A stretch of DNA of 64,000 bases from Spongiibacteraceae bacterium UBA5047 (GTDB taxonomy: Bacteria; Pseudomonadota; Gammaproteobacteria; Pseudomonadales; Spongiibacteraceae), in contig DIBR01000014.1 of NCBI GenBank assembly GCA_002415025.1, forward strand, positions 4,520 through 68,519. The letters are read 5' to 3'. The notes beneath the pieces were generated by a model, which was given only the letters and a program-made list of their open reading frames with translations, was not told the DNA's origin and ran no database searches. The position numbers and the translations under genes are program-made. Positions 39,752-48,978 of this stretch are shown in pieces (positions within the stretch are counted from its first letter, which is position 1; each line of letters starts with the position of its first letter).

Positions 39752-41002
39752 CTAATCCTGACCCACATGCTCGTAAACCAACCCTTCAAATTCGGTTAGC
39801 AACGACACGGCCTCTTCGTCGTACAGGGGCATCAACTGAGTCGAAGCCATCGCCACAATTCCATTCTCTCTATCGATCCAGAAATAGCTATTGAAAATTC
39901 CGGCCCATGACACAGAACCCGCAGGCCTGCCACCGATAGTCGGTGCTTCATGAATTAGAAACCCCAGGCCCCATTTAGCAGGCGCTCCGAACCCAAAATC
40001 GTAGTCTTTGAGCATAGCGGGCATCGCAGTACGGCCGGGATTAACCTCAAAATCTCCAATTTGATTGTTGAACATCTCGGCAACTGATTCTGGTTGCAGC
40101 ACTCTAGCTCCATCCAATTCACCACCACGGAGTATTGCACGGAGAAATCGCAAATAATCTGAAACAGTGGAGAAAAGCCCGTGGCCTCCAGTCACAACCG
40201 GGGGAGTTGGGGGAGTTGGACTGAATCCAGCTTCAGTCCGGACATGAATTGCAGCAACTCGACTTGAATCAGCCTCTGGTACTACGTACGCGGTGTCGGA
40301 CATTTTCAGTGGCTCAAAAATATGCCGTTTGAAATAAACATCAAGCGTCAGCCCCGAGACCCTCTCTACAATGACTCCTGCCCAGTCCAGACCAATGCCA
40401 TATTCCCACCGCGCGCCGGGAGAGAATCCCATAGGCGCCTGCAAACCAGCCAGCCCAGAAAATATGCTCGGAACAAGCCCCATTTTAACGCTTTCGAAAG
40501 CACGAGAATTTGTGAACTCATACACGAAACCTGAGGTGTGCGTTAGCAGCTGGAATGTAGTTGGAATCGCAGATGGCGACTCCAGTGCCATATCGCCATC
40601 CTCAGTAAACCCCTTCAGCACCTTAATTTCTGCCAATTCCGGCAGATACTTAGTGATCGGCGAATGAAGATCGATCAATCCTTTTTCCACCAACTGCAAT
40701 ACAGCCACAGTGGTCACGGGTTTAGTCATCGACGCAATTGCAACAATGGAGTTTGGCGTCATTAGAGTTGCGTCCTGAGTATTTTTTAACCCTGATGCGC
40801 CTATGTATATAGTTCCCTCTCTATTTGCGACTCCAGCAACAATGTTCGGCAAGCGGCCTTCCGCCGTATACGTCTCGATGACCTTTTCCAGTTTTCCGGA
40901 TAGCGCGCGGGCAGAACCAGGTTGTCCCTGATCAGCATTGCCCGTGATAGCTAATGTGAGAAGCGCTATAAAAAAAACACCAACAAAATAATTTTTATTC
41001 AC
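39752..41002 (-). CDS. Serine hydrolase, beta-lactamase/esterase (family VIII-like), exported (cassette)
   Basis: ASMTK (SxxK), LLTHTSG, WEYG, WAG..NSYFWID. Confidence 0.9.
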   Translation of the reverse strand: MNKNYFVGVFFIALLTLAITGNADQGQPGSARALSGKLEKVIETYTAEGRLPNIVAGVANREGTIYIGASGLKNTQDATLMTPNSIVAIASMTKPVTTVAVLQLVEKGLIDLHSPITKYLPELAEIKVLKGFTEDGDMALESPSAIPTTFQLLTHTSGFVYEFTNSRAFESVKMGLVPSIFSGLAGLQAPMGFSPGARWEYGIGLDWAGVIVERVSGLTLDVYFKRHIFEPLKMSDTAYVVPEADSSRVAAIHVRTEAGFSPTPPTPPVVTGGHGLFSTVSDYLRFLRAILRGGELDGARVLQPESVAEMFNNQIGDFEVNPGRTAMPAMLKDYDFGFGAPAKWGLGFLIHEAPTIGGRPAGSVSWAGIFNSYFWIDRENGIVAMASTQLMPLYDEEAVSLLTEFEGLVYEHVGQD

Positions 41003-41030
41003 CGAGCATCCCCATCTAAATTAACTATGA

Positions 41031-41111
41031 ACATAACACCGTGTTAAGCGGCGGCGAGCGTTTGCGAGCAAACTGGCGACAGCGAGCTTCCGCTTGAACG
41101 CATAGTTAGGC
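41031..41111 (-). repeat. attC site, apparently intact
   Basis: GCCTAAC tatgc GTTCAAGCGG ... CCGCTTAAC acggt GTTATGT, with R and L boxes and an extrahelical base. Confidence 0.9.
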
Positions 41112-41123
41112 ATCACCAACGAA

Positions 41124-41552
41124 CTAGAACGCAAACTCGAGACTTGCATGGGCAATCACCTTTCCAGACCCGATTAAGGTCGCCTTAGTCTCAGCAAACG
41201 CTGATGCTTTGCCGAAGCGAAGGACATTTGACTCGATTCGCAGGTCATCCGAGAGTGCTGGGCGTATAAAGTGCGTGTGCTGGTAAACCGTGCCCTTGGG
41301 TGAACGATCAGAGGTGTGCATCGCGATGGAGGCCACCGTGTCGATCGCCGCCATCATTGCCTGGCCACAAACGGCGCCACTAACGAACTGAAGTCGCTCG
41401 TGCTGCGGAAGCGTAGCGGAGGCTTTGCCCGGTGCAACGTCAAAGTCGATTAAGCCAAGGTCTTTCACCCACGAGGCGAACAGCCAGTCGTAAAACTCCT
41501 GAACCGTTTCATTCGTGATCGGGAGTGGGTGGCGAAACGAAGCAGTCGGCAT
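41124..41552 (-). CDS. PaaI/hotdog thioesterase (cassette)
   Basis: GAVCGQAMMAAIDT, HFIRPA, VLRFGK. Confidence 0.88.
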   Translation of the reverse strand: MPTASFRHPLPITNETVQEFYDWLFASWVKDLGLIDFDVAPGKASATLPQHERLQFVSGAVCGQAMMAAIDTVASIAMHTSDRSPKGTVYQHTHFIRPALSDDLRIESNVLRFGKASAFAETKATLIGSGKVIAHASLEFAF

Positions 41553-41571
41553 GATGAAGGTTCCTATTGAT

Positions 41572-41634
41572 GCCCAACGTCGAAACTAAAGGGCTGCCGC
41601 GATGCGGCAGTCCCGCTTGAGTGCCTTGGTAGGC
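41572..41634 (-). repeat. attC site (R'' AAC changed to ACC)
   Basis: GCCTACC aaggc ACTCAAGC GGGACTGCCGCATCGCGGCAGCCC tttagtt tcgac GTTGGGC. Confidence 0.85.
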
Positions 41635-41655
41635 GCGTGTCTATTCATTTCGAGG

Positions 41656-42300
41656 CTATTTTGGCTCACGCCACATCCGCCACAGCGGCGGCGACCCTTT
41701 GCCAAGTGTGAACTCTTCAGTGACTTCGAATCCGTGGCGCTCATAAAGCCGGCGGTTGATTGGCGAAGAGGCCTCCAGATATGCCGGTATAGATTCTTCA
41801 TCACAGCGTTGCAGGACGGGCGCCAGCAGAGCGGATCCAATTCCCTTTCCCTGCCACTCGGGGTCGACGCCGGCAAACGGAAGGTAAAAGTGATGTTCCT
41901 TCGGATGGTTCGATTCCATAGCGGCGATGGCACGGAGCGTCGGGCCAAGAGACCGACCGAGCGTCATGGCCATACCGGGAAGCAACAGGATCTGCCGAAA
42001 CGCGCTGACCTCCCATCCGCCTGGGGGCAGCCACACAGCGGCTCCTGCCTGCCCGGCGGTTGTGAGGCACTCGTTCTGATGGAACCACAATTTGCGCAGG
42101 AAGAAATGGAAGAAACGCTCAGCGAGCATGAGCCGCCGCCCGTCATCGGGTAAGACCCAGCGCATCGGAGGATCGTCGTAAAATGCGCGCGCCAGCACGG
42201 CAGCAACTTCGCGAAGTTCGCCAGCGTTGACCTTGCGGACTGATTGCACTTCGTGCTGCTTTCCTTCAGCCGTCACGGGCGGGGCTTTAATAGTGTTCAT
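41656..42300 (-). CDS. GNAT acetyltransferase, puromycin-acetyltransferase-like (cassette)
   Basis: LARAFYDDP, GVDPEWQGKGIGSALL, PAYLEAS, LYERHGF. Confidence 0.9.
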   Translation of the reverse strand: MNTIKAPPVTAEGKQHEVQSVRKVNAGELREVAAVLARAFYDDPPMRWVLPDDGRRLMLAERFFHFFLRKLWFHQNECLTTAGQAGAAVWLPPGGWEVSAFRQILLLPGMAMTLGRSLGPTLRAIAAMESNHPKEHHFYLPFAGVDPEWQGKGIGSALLAPVLQRCDEESIPAYLEASSPINRRLYERHGFEVTEEFTLGKGSPPLWRMWREPK

Positions 42301-42326
42301 GATGTGAATGTCGCTCCGTATAAAGT

Positions 42327-42357
42327 GCCTAACGCCCGCTGCAACGATTTGTTAGAT
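42327..42357 (-). repeat. Internally deleted 31-bp attC
   Basis: ATCTAAC aaatc GTTGCAGC gggc GTTAGGC: R'', L'' and R' present; central loop and L' missing. Confidence 0.8.
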
Positions 42358-42358
42358 T

Positions 42359-43207
42359 TCACGCCGGCCTCGCTATGAACTCAGACGGTTCAAGTATGCA
42401 CCGATCCTCCACATGCCCATGCAAGGCGAATAGGCGCGGTGATTCCCGGAACCTGAACAGGCGGTATAAGTAGTACCTTGATGAGTTGTCTCGGGAGAAC
42501 CGCAATTCATTCGGCGTTACGAAGAAAGGCGTGCTCTTTCCGTACTTCGTGGTCTTGGCCTCAATGAACCGGTCGGCGCCGTTCTCCTCGAAGGATTTGA
42601 TGTCGAATCCGGCGGATGGCCCAACTGTTGCTGATACTTGCTCGATGCGTTCAGCAAGGGATTCCTTCCCGGCTCGGATCAGGCGGGCCTGCTCGAAATT
42701 GATGACGAACTGCTCCCCGGCTTCACCGAGGGATTGGTTCCGCGCTTCGCGCTCCAGGTAGTTGACCCCGCCCGGATTGTAGATTGGTGGGGCTTCGGCA
42801 ATGGCGGGAGCTTTTCGATCTTCTGGTGCAGGTGGCTCCTCCCAGGCTGACAGAAAATCTTCCACGCTTGGGATTGGTGGTGCCGCCTCAGAATCCGACG
42901 CGAAAAGTTGCTGAAGCTCGGGATTGCTCTTGAGGTAATCAGCAACTGCCGCCGGGAGAAGCGACCGCTGATAGTTGAACCGTGGCTTGTATCCGTCGAT
43001 GTAAGGAATGCCCATTTCGATCAGGACGGCACTGATGTTTTGGTGCTTCAACTCAACCGATCCGTCGGAGCGATTATCCAGCTGCTCCATCAACGCTCGG
43101 CGATGCTGGGTCTTGTTGTATTTGCTACCGATCAGTTCCAACTGAAGCATGCGGAAGTAGTCAGCAACAGCTGCTTCGACCTCGGAATCTGACCAATGGT
43201 TAGCCAT
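42359..43207 (-). CDS. DUF3883 (NOV C-terminal, PD-(D/E)XK-like) putative endonuclease (first cassette)
   Basis: GEAGE, GFDIKSF, FIEAKTT, FVTPNE, YYLYRL; start MANHW lies inside the cassette boundary. Confidence 0.82.
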   Translation of the reverse strand: MANHWSDSEVEAAVADYFRMLQLELIGSKYNKTQHRRALMEQLDNRSDGSVELKHQNISAVLIEMGIPYIDGYKPRFNYQRSLLPAAVADYLKSNPELQQLFASDSEAAPPIPSVEDFLSAWEEPPAPEDRKAPAIAEAPPIYNPGGVNYLEREARNQSLGEAGEQFVINFEQARLIRAGKESLAERIEQVSATVGPSAGFDIKSFEENGADRFIEAKTTKYGKSTPFFVTPNELRFSRDNSSRYYLYRLFRFRESPRLFALHGHVEDRCILEPSEFIARPA

Positions 43208-43307
43208 GGCACCCGTGAAATCTAACAACAAAAATACGTCTGGATGACGCAATATCACACGTCACATTGATAGCCACACACGAAGCACTCACCAACGCCA
43301 TAGGCAT
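43200..43307 (-). CDS. Putative 35-aa leader peptide crossing the cassette insertion site
   Basis: AGGGAG immediately before ATG at 43307; stop overlaps the nuclease start (ATGGCTAA). Confidence 0.45.
   Translation of the reverse strand: MPMALVSASCVAINVTCDIASSRRIFVVRFHGCHG
43220..43260 (-). other. Candidate attI or primary insertion site
   Basis: GTTAGAT at 43226-43220 is complementary to the R'' ATCTAAC closing the first cassette; no clear R'' partner upstream. Confidence 0.55.
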
Positions 43308-43343
43308 ATCTCCCTGATTTATTTTTATTTTTCCCTTGCTTAG

Positions 43344-43371
43344 AGTGTATGCCTCTACACAAAAATAGCAA
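43344..43371 (-). promoter_or_regulatory. Candidate sigma70 cassette promoter (Pc-like)
   Basis: TTGCTA-N16-TACACT upstream of the leader ORF. Confidence 0.45.
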
Positions 43372-43445
43372 TCTGAAATCTCTCCCGCAAACCACTGGTC
43401 GTTCAACGCCCCCAAAACACTCTCACAGCACAAAACAACGGACAC

Positions 43446-43469
43446 AAAAAAGGGCACCGGAGGTGCCCT
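43446..43469 (-). terminator. recA intrinsic terminator
   Basis: AGGGCACC-TCC-GGTGCCCT followed by a T-run on the minus strand. Confidence 0.85.
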
Positions 43470-43516
43470 GAAAGGATAGATCTCATTGAGACCTGTCGAG
43501 GATCTGCTGACAGCCG

Positions 43517-44572
43517 TCAGGCTTCTGTTTCCTGTTCTTCGGGATCAATAGCGGCTGCCGCCTCGCCGTTTTCGGCGGGTTTGAACTTGGGCAGCAACTG
43601 GTCACGAATAGCCTGTTCAATTTCCTCGGCGACTTTTGGGTTTTCCTTCAGGTAATTAGCGGCATTGGCTTTACCCTGCCCGATCTTGTCGCCGTTGTAG
43701 GCATACCAGGCGCCGGATTTGTCTACCAGCCCTTGCTGTACACCAAGGTCGATAATCTCGCCCATGCGATAAATGCCCTGCCCGTACATAATCTGGAACT
43801 CGGCCTGCTTGAAGGGCGGAGCCACCTTGTTTTTGACGACCTTGACTCGGGTTTCGTTGCCCACCACTTCGTCGCCCTGCTTAACGGCGCCGATGCGGCG
43901 GATATCCAAACGTACTGACGAGTAAAACTTGAGAGCATTACCGCCGGTGGTGGTTTCGGGGTTGCCGAACATCACACCAATTTTCATACGAATCTGGTTG
44001 ATGAAGATAACGGTGCAGTTGGATTTGCTGATAATGCCGGTCAGTTTGCGCAACGCCTGACTCATCAGGCGGGCCTGCAAGCCAACGTGACTGTCGCCCA
44101 TTTCGCCTTCAATCTCAGCGCGAGGCGTCAGGGCCGCTACCGAGTCGATAACCACCAGATCAACGGCGCCGGAGCGTACCAATGTTTCAGTAATTTCCAG
44201 TGCCTGCTCACCGGTATCAGGCTGGGACATGAGCAGGCTATCCAGATCAACACCGAGCTTCTCAGCGTAGCTGGGGTCAAAGGCGTGCTCCGCATCGATA
44301 AAGGCGCACACGCCGCCCTTTTTCTGGCTTTCGGCAATGGCGTGCAGTGTGAGGGTGGTTTTACCGCTCGATTCCGGGCCGTAAATCTCAATAACCTTGC
44401 GGCGTGGCAAACCACCTACGCCAAGAGCCACATCCAGCGCCAGCGAGCCGGTGCTGATAACAGGGACCGCTACCCGCTCCTGTTCACCCATGCGCATAAT
44501 CGAGCCTTTACCGAATTGCCGCTCAATTTGTGACAGTGCTGCGCCCAGTGCCTTCTGTTTGTTATCGTCCAT
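43517..44572 (-). CDS. recA: Recombinase A
   Basis: [47 protein letters not shown]. Confidence 0.99.
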   Translation of the reverse strand: MDDNKQKALGAALSQIERQFGKGSIMRMGEQERVAVPVISTGSLALDVALGVGGLPRRKVIEIYGPESSGKTTLTLHAIAESQKKGGVCAFIDAEHAFDPSYAEKLGVDLDSLLMSQPDTGEQALEITETLVRSGAVDLVVIDSVAALTPRAEIEGEMGDSHVGLQARLMSQALRKLTGIISKSNCTVIFINQIRMKIGVMFGNPETTTGGNALKFYSSVRLDIRRIGAVKQGDEVVGNETRVKVVKNKVAPPFKQAEFQIMYGQGIYRMGEIIDLGVQQGLVDKSGAWYAYNGDKIGQGKANAANYLKENPKVAEEIEQAIRDQLLPKFKPAENGEAAAAIDPEEQETEA

Positions 44573-44606
44573 TGCTGACCCCGTTGTTTGCCGTACAGTA
44601 GAATGA

Positions 44607-44622
44607 CTGTATATATAATCAG
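44607..44622. promoter_or_regulatory. LexA (SOS) box upstream of recA
   Basis: CTG-TATATATAAT-CAG matches the gammaproteobacterial CTG-N10-CAG consensus. Confidence 0.92.
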
Positions 44623-44750
44623 TATATCTTGGCGCCCTGTCAACCGTTGCGGCAAAATTTTTCTGTAACGCCGGGAAGTCGCGCTGCCGTGGCCAGCCTG
44701 CCCGGCTTTGCGTACAATCGCTTCCTTTACCAACCCCAGATAATGGAACT

Positions 44751-47336
44751 ATGAGCGCCGTAGCCAGCACCGATCAGCACACGCCAATGATGCAGCAGTA
44801 CCTCAAAATCAAGGCTGAGCACCCCCGCGAGCTGGTGTTTTACCGAATGGGAGACTTCTACGAGCTGTTCTTTGACGACGCAAAAAAGGCCGCCGAGCTG
44901 CTGGATATCACCCTGACGGCTCGGGGCAAATCGGCTGGCGAGCCCATCCCGATGTGCGGTGTTCCCTACCATGCAGCGGAGTCTTATCTTGGCCGGCTGG
45001 TTCGCAAAGGGCAGTCGATAGCCATAGCTGAGCAAATTGGCGACCCGGCAACGAGCAAGGGGCCAGTGGATCGCAAGGTGGTGCGCGTGGTCACCCCCGG
45101 CACGGTCAGCGACGAAGCGTTTCTGGATGATCGCCGCGACAACCTGCTGCTCGCCATTAACCGTCACGAAGAGCGCTTCGGGCTAGCCTGCCTGGATATA
45201 AGCAGCGGTCGGTTTTTGGTTCTGGAAGCCGAGGGCGAAGCCGCCATGCTGGCTGAAGTACAACGCCTGAACCCCGTTGAAGTACTGATTAACGAGGCGC
45301 TCACGCTACCGGCGCTGGAAGGCCGTGCGGGCCTGCGGCGCTGCCCGCCCTGGGAATTTGAGCTGGAAACCGCCACCCGCTTGCTCAACCAACAATTTGG
45401 CACCCGAGATTTACAGGGCTTTGGCTGCGCTGACCTGCATACCGCACTCGGCGCCGCCGGTTGCCTGCTGCAATATGCTCGCGAAACCCAGCGCACGGAT
45501 TTACCGCATATTCGCGGTATTCAACATGAAAATCGCAGTGATAGCGTCTCTATTGATGCCGCTACGCGCCGCAACCTGGAACTGGACATCAACCTCGGCG
45601 GCGCTGAAGACAACACACTTCTCTCGGTACTGGATTCAAGCAAAACGGCCATGGGCAGCCGCCTGCTGCGCCGCTGGCTACACCGGCCACTGCGCGACCT
45701 GCACGAGTTGAACGGTCGTCAGCAGAGCATCGCCGATTTTCTGGGCGATATTATTTTTGACGGCCTGCGCGACCAGCTTCGTGATATCGGCGATATGGAG
45801 CGTATTCTAGCCCGGGTTGCGCTGCGCTCGGCCCGCCCGCGCGACCTTACGCGCCTGTGCCGCTCGCTGTTTGCAGTGCCCGGTTTAGTGCAACAGTGCC
45901 GTCCGATCGACAACCCCTTTGTGCAATCACTCGCTGACCGGCTGGGGGAATTTACGGACTTAAGCGCCCTGCTCAACAAGGCGCTGATCGACAACCCGCC
46001 CATGGTCATTCGCGATGGCGGCGTGATTGCCGAGGGTTTTGATGCAGAGCTGGACGAGCTGCGCAACCTCAGCAGCAACGCCGGTGATTTTCTGGTGCAA
46101 CTGGAAACCCGTGAACGCGAGCGCACTGGCTTGAGCACACTTAAGGTGGGTTACAACCGTGTACACGGATATTACATTGAGATCAGTCGTGGCCAGTCTG
46201 GCAGCGCCCCGGTGGAATACACGCGCCGCCAAACCCTGAAAAACGCCGAGCGCTATATCACCCCCGAACTGAAGGAATTTGAAGACAAGGCCCTGAGCAG
46301 TAAAAGCCGCGCACTGGCCCGCGAAAAATGGCTGTACGAGCAACTGCTCGAAACCCTGAACGACTCTCTGCTCGCCTTGCAGACCTGCGCTGAAGCCGTT
46401 GCCGAACTCGATGTGCTCTGCACTCTGGCCGAGCGCGCCAGCTCGCTGAACTTTTGCCGCCCGGCCCTGGCGCACGATGCACCGCTGACCATCACTGAGG
46501 GCCGCCACCCGGTGGTCGAATCGGTTTTGGAATCGCCCTTTATTGCCAACGATACTCGCTTTGACGATGAACGCCGCATGCTGGTAATTACCGGCCCGAA
46601 CATGGGCGGTAAATCAACCTACATGCGCCAAACCGCATTAATTGTGCTGTTGGCGCATATAGGCAGCTTTGTGCCCGCACGCAGCGCCAGCATTCCGGTG
46701 GTAGACCAGATATTCACCCGCATCGGGTCCTCGGATGATCTTGCCGGCGGGCGCTCAACCTTTATGGTGGAAATGACCGAGACCGCCAACATTCTCAACA
46801 ACGCCACCGAGAAAAGTCTGGTGCTGATGGATGAAGTGGGCCGTGGTACCAGCACCTTTGACGGCCTGTCACTGGCCTGGGCCTGCGCGGTCAGGCTGGT
46901 GGAAGACATAAAGGCCTGCACCCTGTTTGCCACCCACTACTTTGAACTGACGGCACTCCCGGAACTGTACGGACAGGCCGTGAATGTGCATCTTGATGCC
47001 ACCGAGCACGACGACCACATTGTGTTTTTACACGCCGTACAGGAAGGCCCGGCCAATCAGAGCTACGGCCTGCAGGTAGCCAAACTCGCCGGCATTCCGG
47101 CCCCGGTTATTCAGAATGCCCGCCGCAAACTGGCCAGCCTTGAGCAGCAGGTAATTCCGGCACCGACAACAACCGCAGCAAGCGCCAATGGCACCGGCGT
47201 AACGCCATCCCAAGCCGACCTGTTCAGCGCAGCGGCGCCGGATCCGGCACGCGAGGCGCTCGACGAAATAAACCCGGACGAAATGACGCCGCGCCAGGCG
47301 CTGGATGCTTTATACCGCCTGAAATCCCTGAAGTAA
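44751..47336 (+). CDS. mutS: DNA mismatch repair protein MutS
   Basis: [40 protein letters not shown]. Confidence 0.99.
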   Translation: MSAVASTDQHTPMMQQYLKIKAEHPRELVFYRMGDFYELFFDDAKKAAELLDITLTARGKSAGEPIPMCGVPYHAAESYLGRLVRKGQSIAIAEQIGDPATSKGPVDRKVVRVVTPGTVSDEAFLDDRRDNLLLAINRHEERFGLACLDISSGRFLVLEAEGEAAMLAEVQRLNPVEVLINEALTLPALEGRAGLRRCPPWEFELETATRLLNQQFGTRDLQGFGCADLHTALGAAGCLLQYARETQRTDLPHIRGIQHENRSDSVSIDAATRRNLELDINLGGAEDNTLLSVLDSSKTAMGSRLLRRWLHRPLRDLHELNGRQQSIADFLGDIIFDGLRDQLRDIGDMERILARVALRSARPRDLTRLCRSLFAVPGLVQQCRPIDNPFVQSLADRLGEFTDLSALLNKALIDNPPMVIRDGGVIAEGFDAELDELRNLSSNAGDFLVQLETRERERTGLSTLKVGYNRVHGYYIEISRGQSGSAPVEYTRRQTLKNAERYITPELKEFEDKALSSKSRALAREKWLYEQLLETLNDSLLALQTCAEAVAELDVLCTLAERASSLNFCRPALAHDAPLTITEGRHPVVESVLESPFIANDTRFDDERRMLVITGPNMGGKSTYMRQTALIVLLAHIGSFVPARSASIPVVDQIFTRIGSSDDLAGGRSTFMVEMTETANILNNATEKSLVLMDEVGRGTSTFDGLSLAWACAVRLVEDIKACTLFATHYFELTALPELYGQAVNVHLDATEHDDHIVFLHAVQEGPANQSYGLQVAKLAGIPAPVIQNARRKLASLEQQVIPAPTTTAASANGTGVTPSQADLFSAAAPDPAREALDEINPDEMTPRQALDALYRLKSLK

Positions 47337-47467
47337 GCGGTCGGAATAGCGCGTCAATTGTTACCGTTTGTTAGGCTTAAAATGGTACCCATTTCTTTTT
47401 GAGATGGTAGAATAGCCGCCTTTGAGCACCTGCACGTCAATCTTGGAACGTATTTAAGAGGCACCAT

Positions 47468-47791
47468 ATGACATTTGTGGTTGGGGAAAATTGCATCAAA
47501 TGCAAACACACAGATTGCGTAGAAGTCTGTCCCGTCGACTGTTTTTACGAAGGCCCGAACTTTCTGGTCATTCACCCCGACGAGTGTATCGACTGCGCCC
47601 TGTGCGAACCCGAGTGTCCGGTAGATGCCATTTTCTCGGAAGATGAGCTGCCCGAAGACCAGCAGGTCTTTATGGAACTGAATGCCGAATTGTCCGAGGT
47701 ATGGCCCAACATCACCGAGATGAAGGAACCCCTGCCCGACGCAGAAGAGTGGGCTGGCAAGGAAGGCAAACTGCAGCACCTGGAACGCTGA
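47468..47791 (+). CDS. fdxA: 7Fe ferredoxin
   Basis: [18 protein letters not shown] and [12 protein letters not shown]. Confidence 0.97.
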   Translation: MTFVVGENCIKCKHTDCVEVCPVDCFYEGPNFLVIHPDECIDCALCEPECPVDAIFSEDELPEDQQVFMELNAELSEVWPNITEMKEPLPDAEEWAGKEGKLQHLER

Positions 47792-47806
47792 GTTTCTGCC
47801 TGAACG

Positions 47807-47832
47807 AAAAAAGCGGCCAAGGCCGCTTTTTT
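47807..47832. terminator. Bidirectional terminator between fdxA and rpoS
   Basis: AAAAAAGCGGCC-AA-GGCCGCTTTTTT. Confidence 0.9.
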
Positions 47833-47861
47833 ATTGCCTGCGTCTTTCGCCAGCAGGGCTG

Positions 47862-47918
47862 GCTCCCACAGCTTTCTGACGTCTTTGTGGGAGTTGGTCT
47901 TTCCGGGCACTCCCACAA
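47862..47918. repeat. GTGGGAG-type REP-like palindromes
   Basis: CTCCCACA...TGTGGGAG...CTCCCACA; the same TGTGGGAG head follows the REPs near 7808 and 8060. Confidence 0.5.
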
Positions 47919-47922
47919 ACCC

Positions 47923-48897
47923 TCAATCGAAAACCGCCTCCTGATTCACACCGCTGCTCTCGAAGATCGCCCTCAAAGTTTTCAGGGCCTCTACCTGAAT
48001 CTGACGGACACGTTCACGCGTTAATCCAATCTCGGCGCCGACTTCTTCAAGTGTGGCAGGCTCGTGACCGCGCAAGCCAAAGCGCCGGGATATGACTTCG
48101 CGCTGCTTCTCGCTGAGTTCTCCCAACCAGTCGCCAATGGCTTCTTTTAAATGATCGTCCTGCAACAAGTCGGCGGGATCGTGTGCCTGTTCATCCGGCA
48201 AGGAGTCGAGCAGGGGCTTATCGGACTCCCGCCCCATTGGAATATCTACGGAACTGACCCGCTCATTAAGCCCGAACATTTTCTCCACGGCGGCTACCGG
48301 CTTGTCCACTCTATGGGCAATTTCTTCGGCTGTTGGCTCGTGGTCGAGCTGTTGCGTGAGTTCCCGCGCCGCACGCAGATAAACATTCAGCTCTTTCACC
48401 ACGTGAATCGGCAAGCGGATGGTTCGCGTCTGATTCATCAAACCGCGTTCGATGGTCTGACGAATCCACCATGTTGCGTAAGTTGAAAAACGAAAGCCGC
48501 GTTCGGGATCAAATTTCTCGACCGCATGAATAAGACCCAGGTTGCCCTCTTCTATCAAGTCGAGCAGGCTTAAACCGCGATTCAGATAACGGCGGGAAAT
48601 CTTGACCACCAGGCGCAGGTTGCTGACGATCATTCGCTTGCGCCCTGCTTCGTCGCCGCGCTGGGCGAGGCGTGCAAAGTGCACTTCTTCTTCAGCAGTG
48701 AGCAAGGGAGAGTAACCGATTTCGTTGAGATACAGTTGTGTGGCGTCCAGCTCGGAGCTGCGCGTGCGCCTTTTTTTGCGGGGTTTTAATTCGTTGAGCT
48801 GTGGTTCGCTGTTATCGGGTGAGTTAGCGGTTTCCTCGGCAATGAGAAATTGCTGGCTTGCATCGCGAACTGTGCGTTCTTCAGTGTCTACGTTCAT
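47923..48897 (-). CDS. rpoS: RNA polymerase sigma factor RpoS
   Basis: [37 protein letters not shown]; downstream of nlpD. Confidence 0.97.
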   Translation of the reverse strand: MNVDTEERTVRDASQQFLIAEETANSPDNSEPQLNELKPRKKRRTRSSELDATQLYLNEIGYSPLLTAEEEVHFARLAQRGDEAGRKRMIVSNLRLVVKISRRYLNRGLSLLDLIEEGNLGLIHAVEKFDPERGFRFSTYATWWIRQTIERGLMNQTRTIRLPIHVVKELNVYLRAARELTQQLDHEPTAEEIAHRVDKPVAAVEKMFGLNERVSSVDIPMGRESDKPLLDSLPDEQAHDPADLLQDDHLKEAIGDWLGELSEKQREVISRRFGLRGHEPATLEEVGAEIGLTRERVRQIQVEALKTLRAIFESSGVNQEAVFD

Positions 48898-48978
48898 GAC
48901 AACGTCCTTAGGCAAAAATGCCGTATGTACACTATGAGCTGCCCTATTTACGCTTCTTCGACTATTTACACTCCGACC

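Larger units (their letters stand above)
36092..43260 (-). mobile_element. Integron-type gene cassette array without an integrase in the window (CALIN-like); left boundary uncertain
   Basis: A run of unrelated co-oriented genes separated by palindromic RYYYAAC...GTTRRRY attC sites (clear at 41031, 41572, 39684 and 42327; degenerate further left). No tyrosine recombinase ORF in the window. Confidence 0.85.

Noticed and set aside
39752-41002. Antibiotic-resistance beta-lactamase call
   Set aside because: Motifs (SMTK, LLTHTSG, W.G) fit esterase-type serine hydrolases; class A/C/D signatures are not evident.
42349-43228. 15-bp inverted repeats read as IS terminal repeats
   Set aside because: The enclosed gene is not a transposase, no target duplication is seen, and the repeats coincide with the R'/R'' cassette core sites.
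44573-44770. N-terminal extension of RecA in the ORF track (similar extensions on kdsA, ispF, the DUF1214-like gene and others)
   Set aside because: Upstream in-frame starts run through promoter or neighbouring gene sequence; homology begins at the downstream Met.
47792-47922. RsmZ-like sRNA between fdxA and rpoS, as in Pseudomonas
   Set aside because: No GGA-loop repeats; the spacer is accounted for by a terminator and REP-like palindromes.
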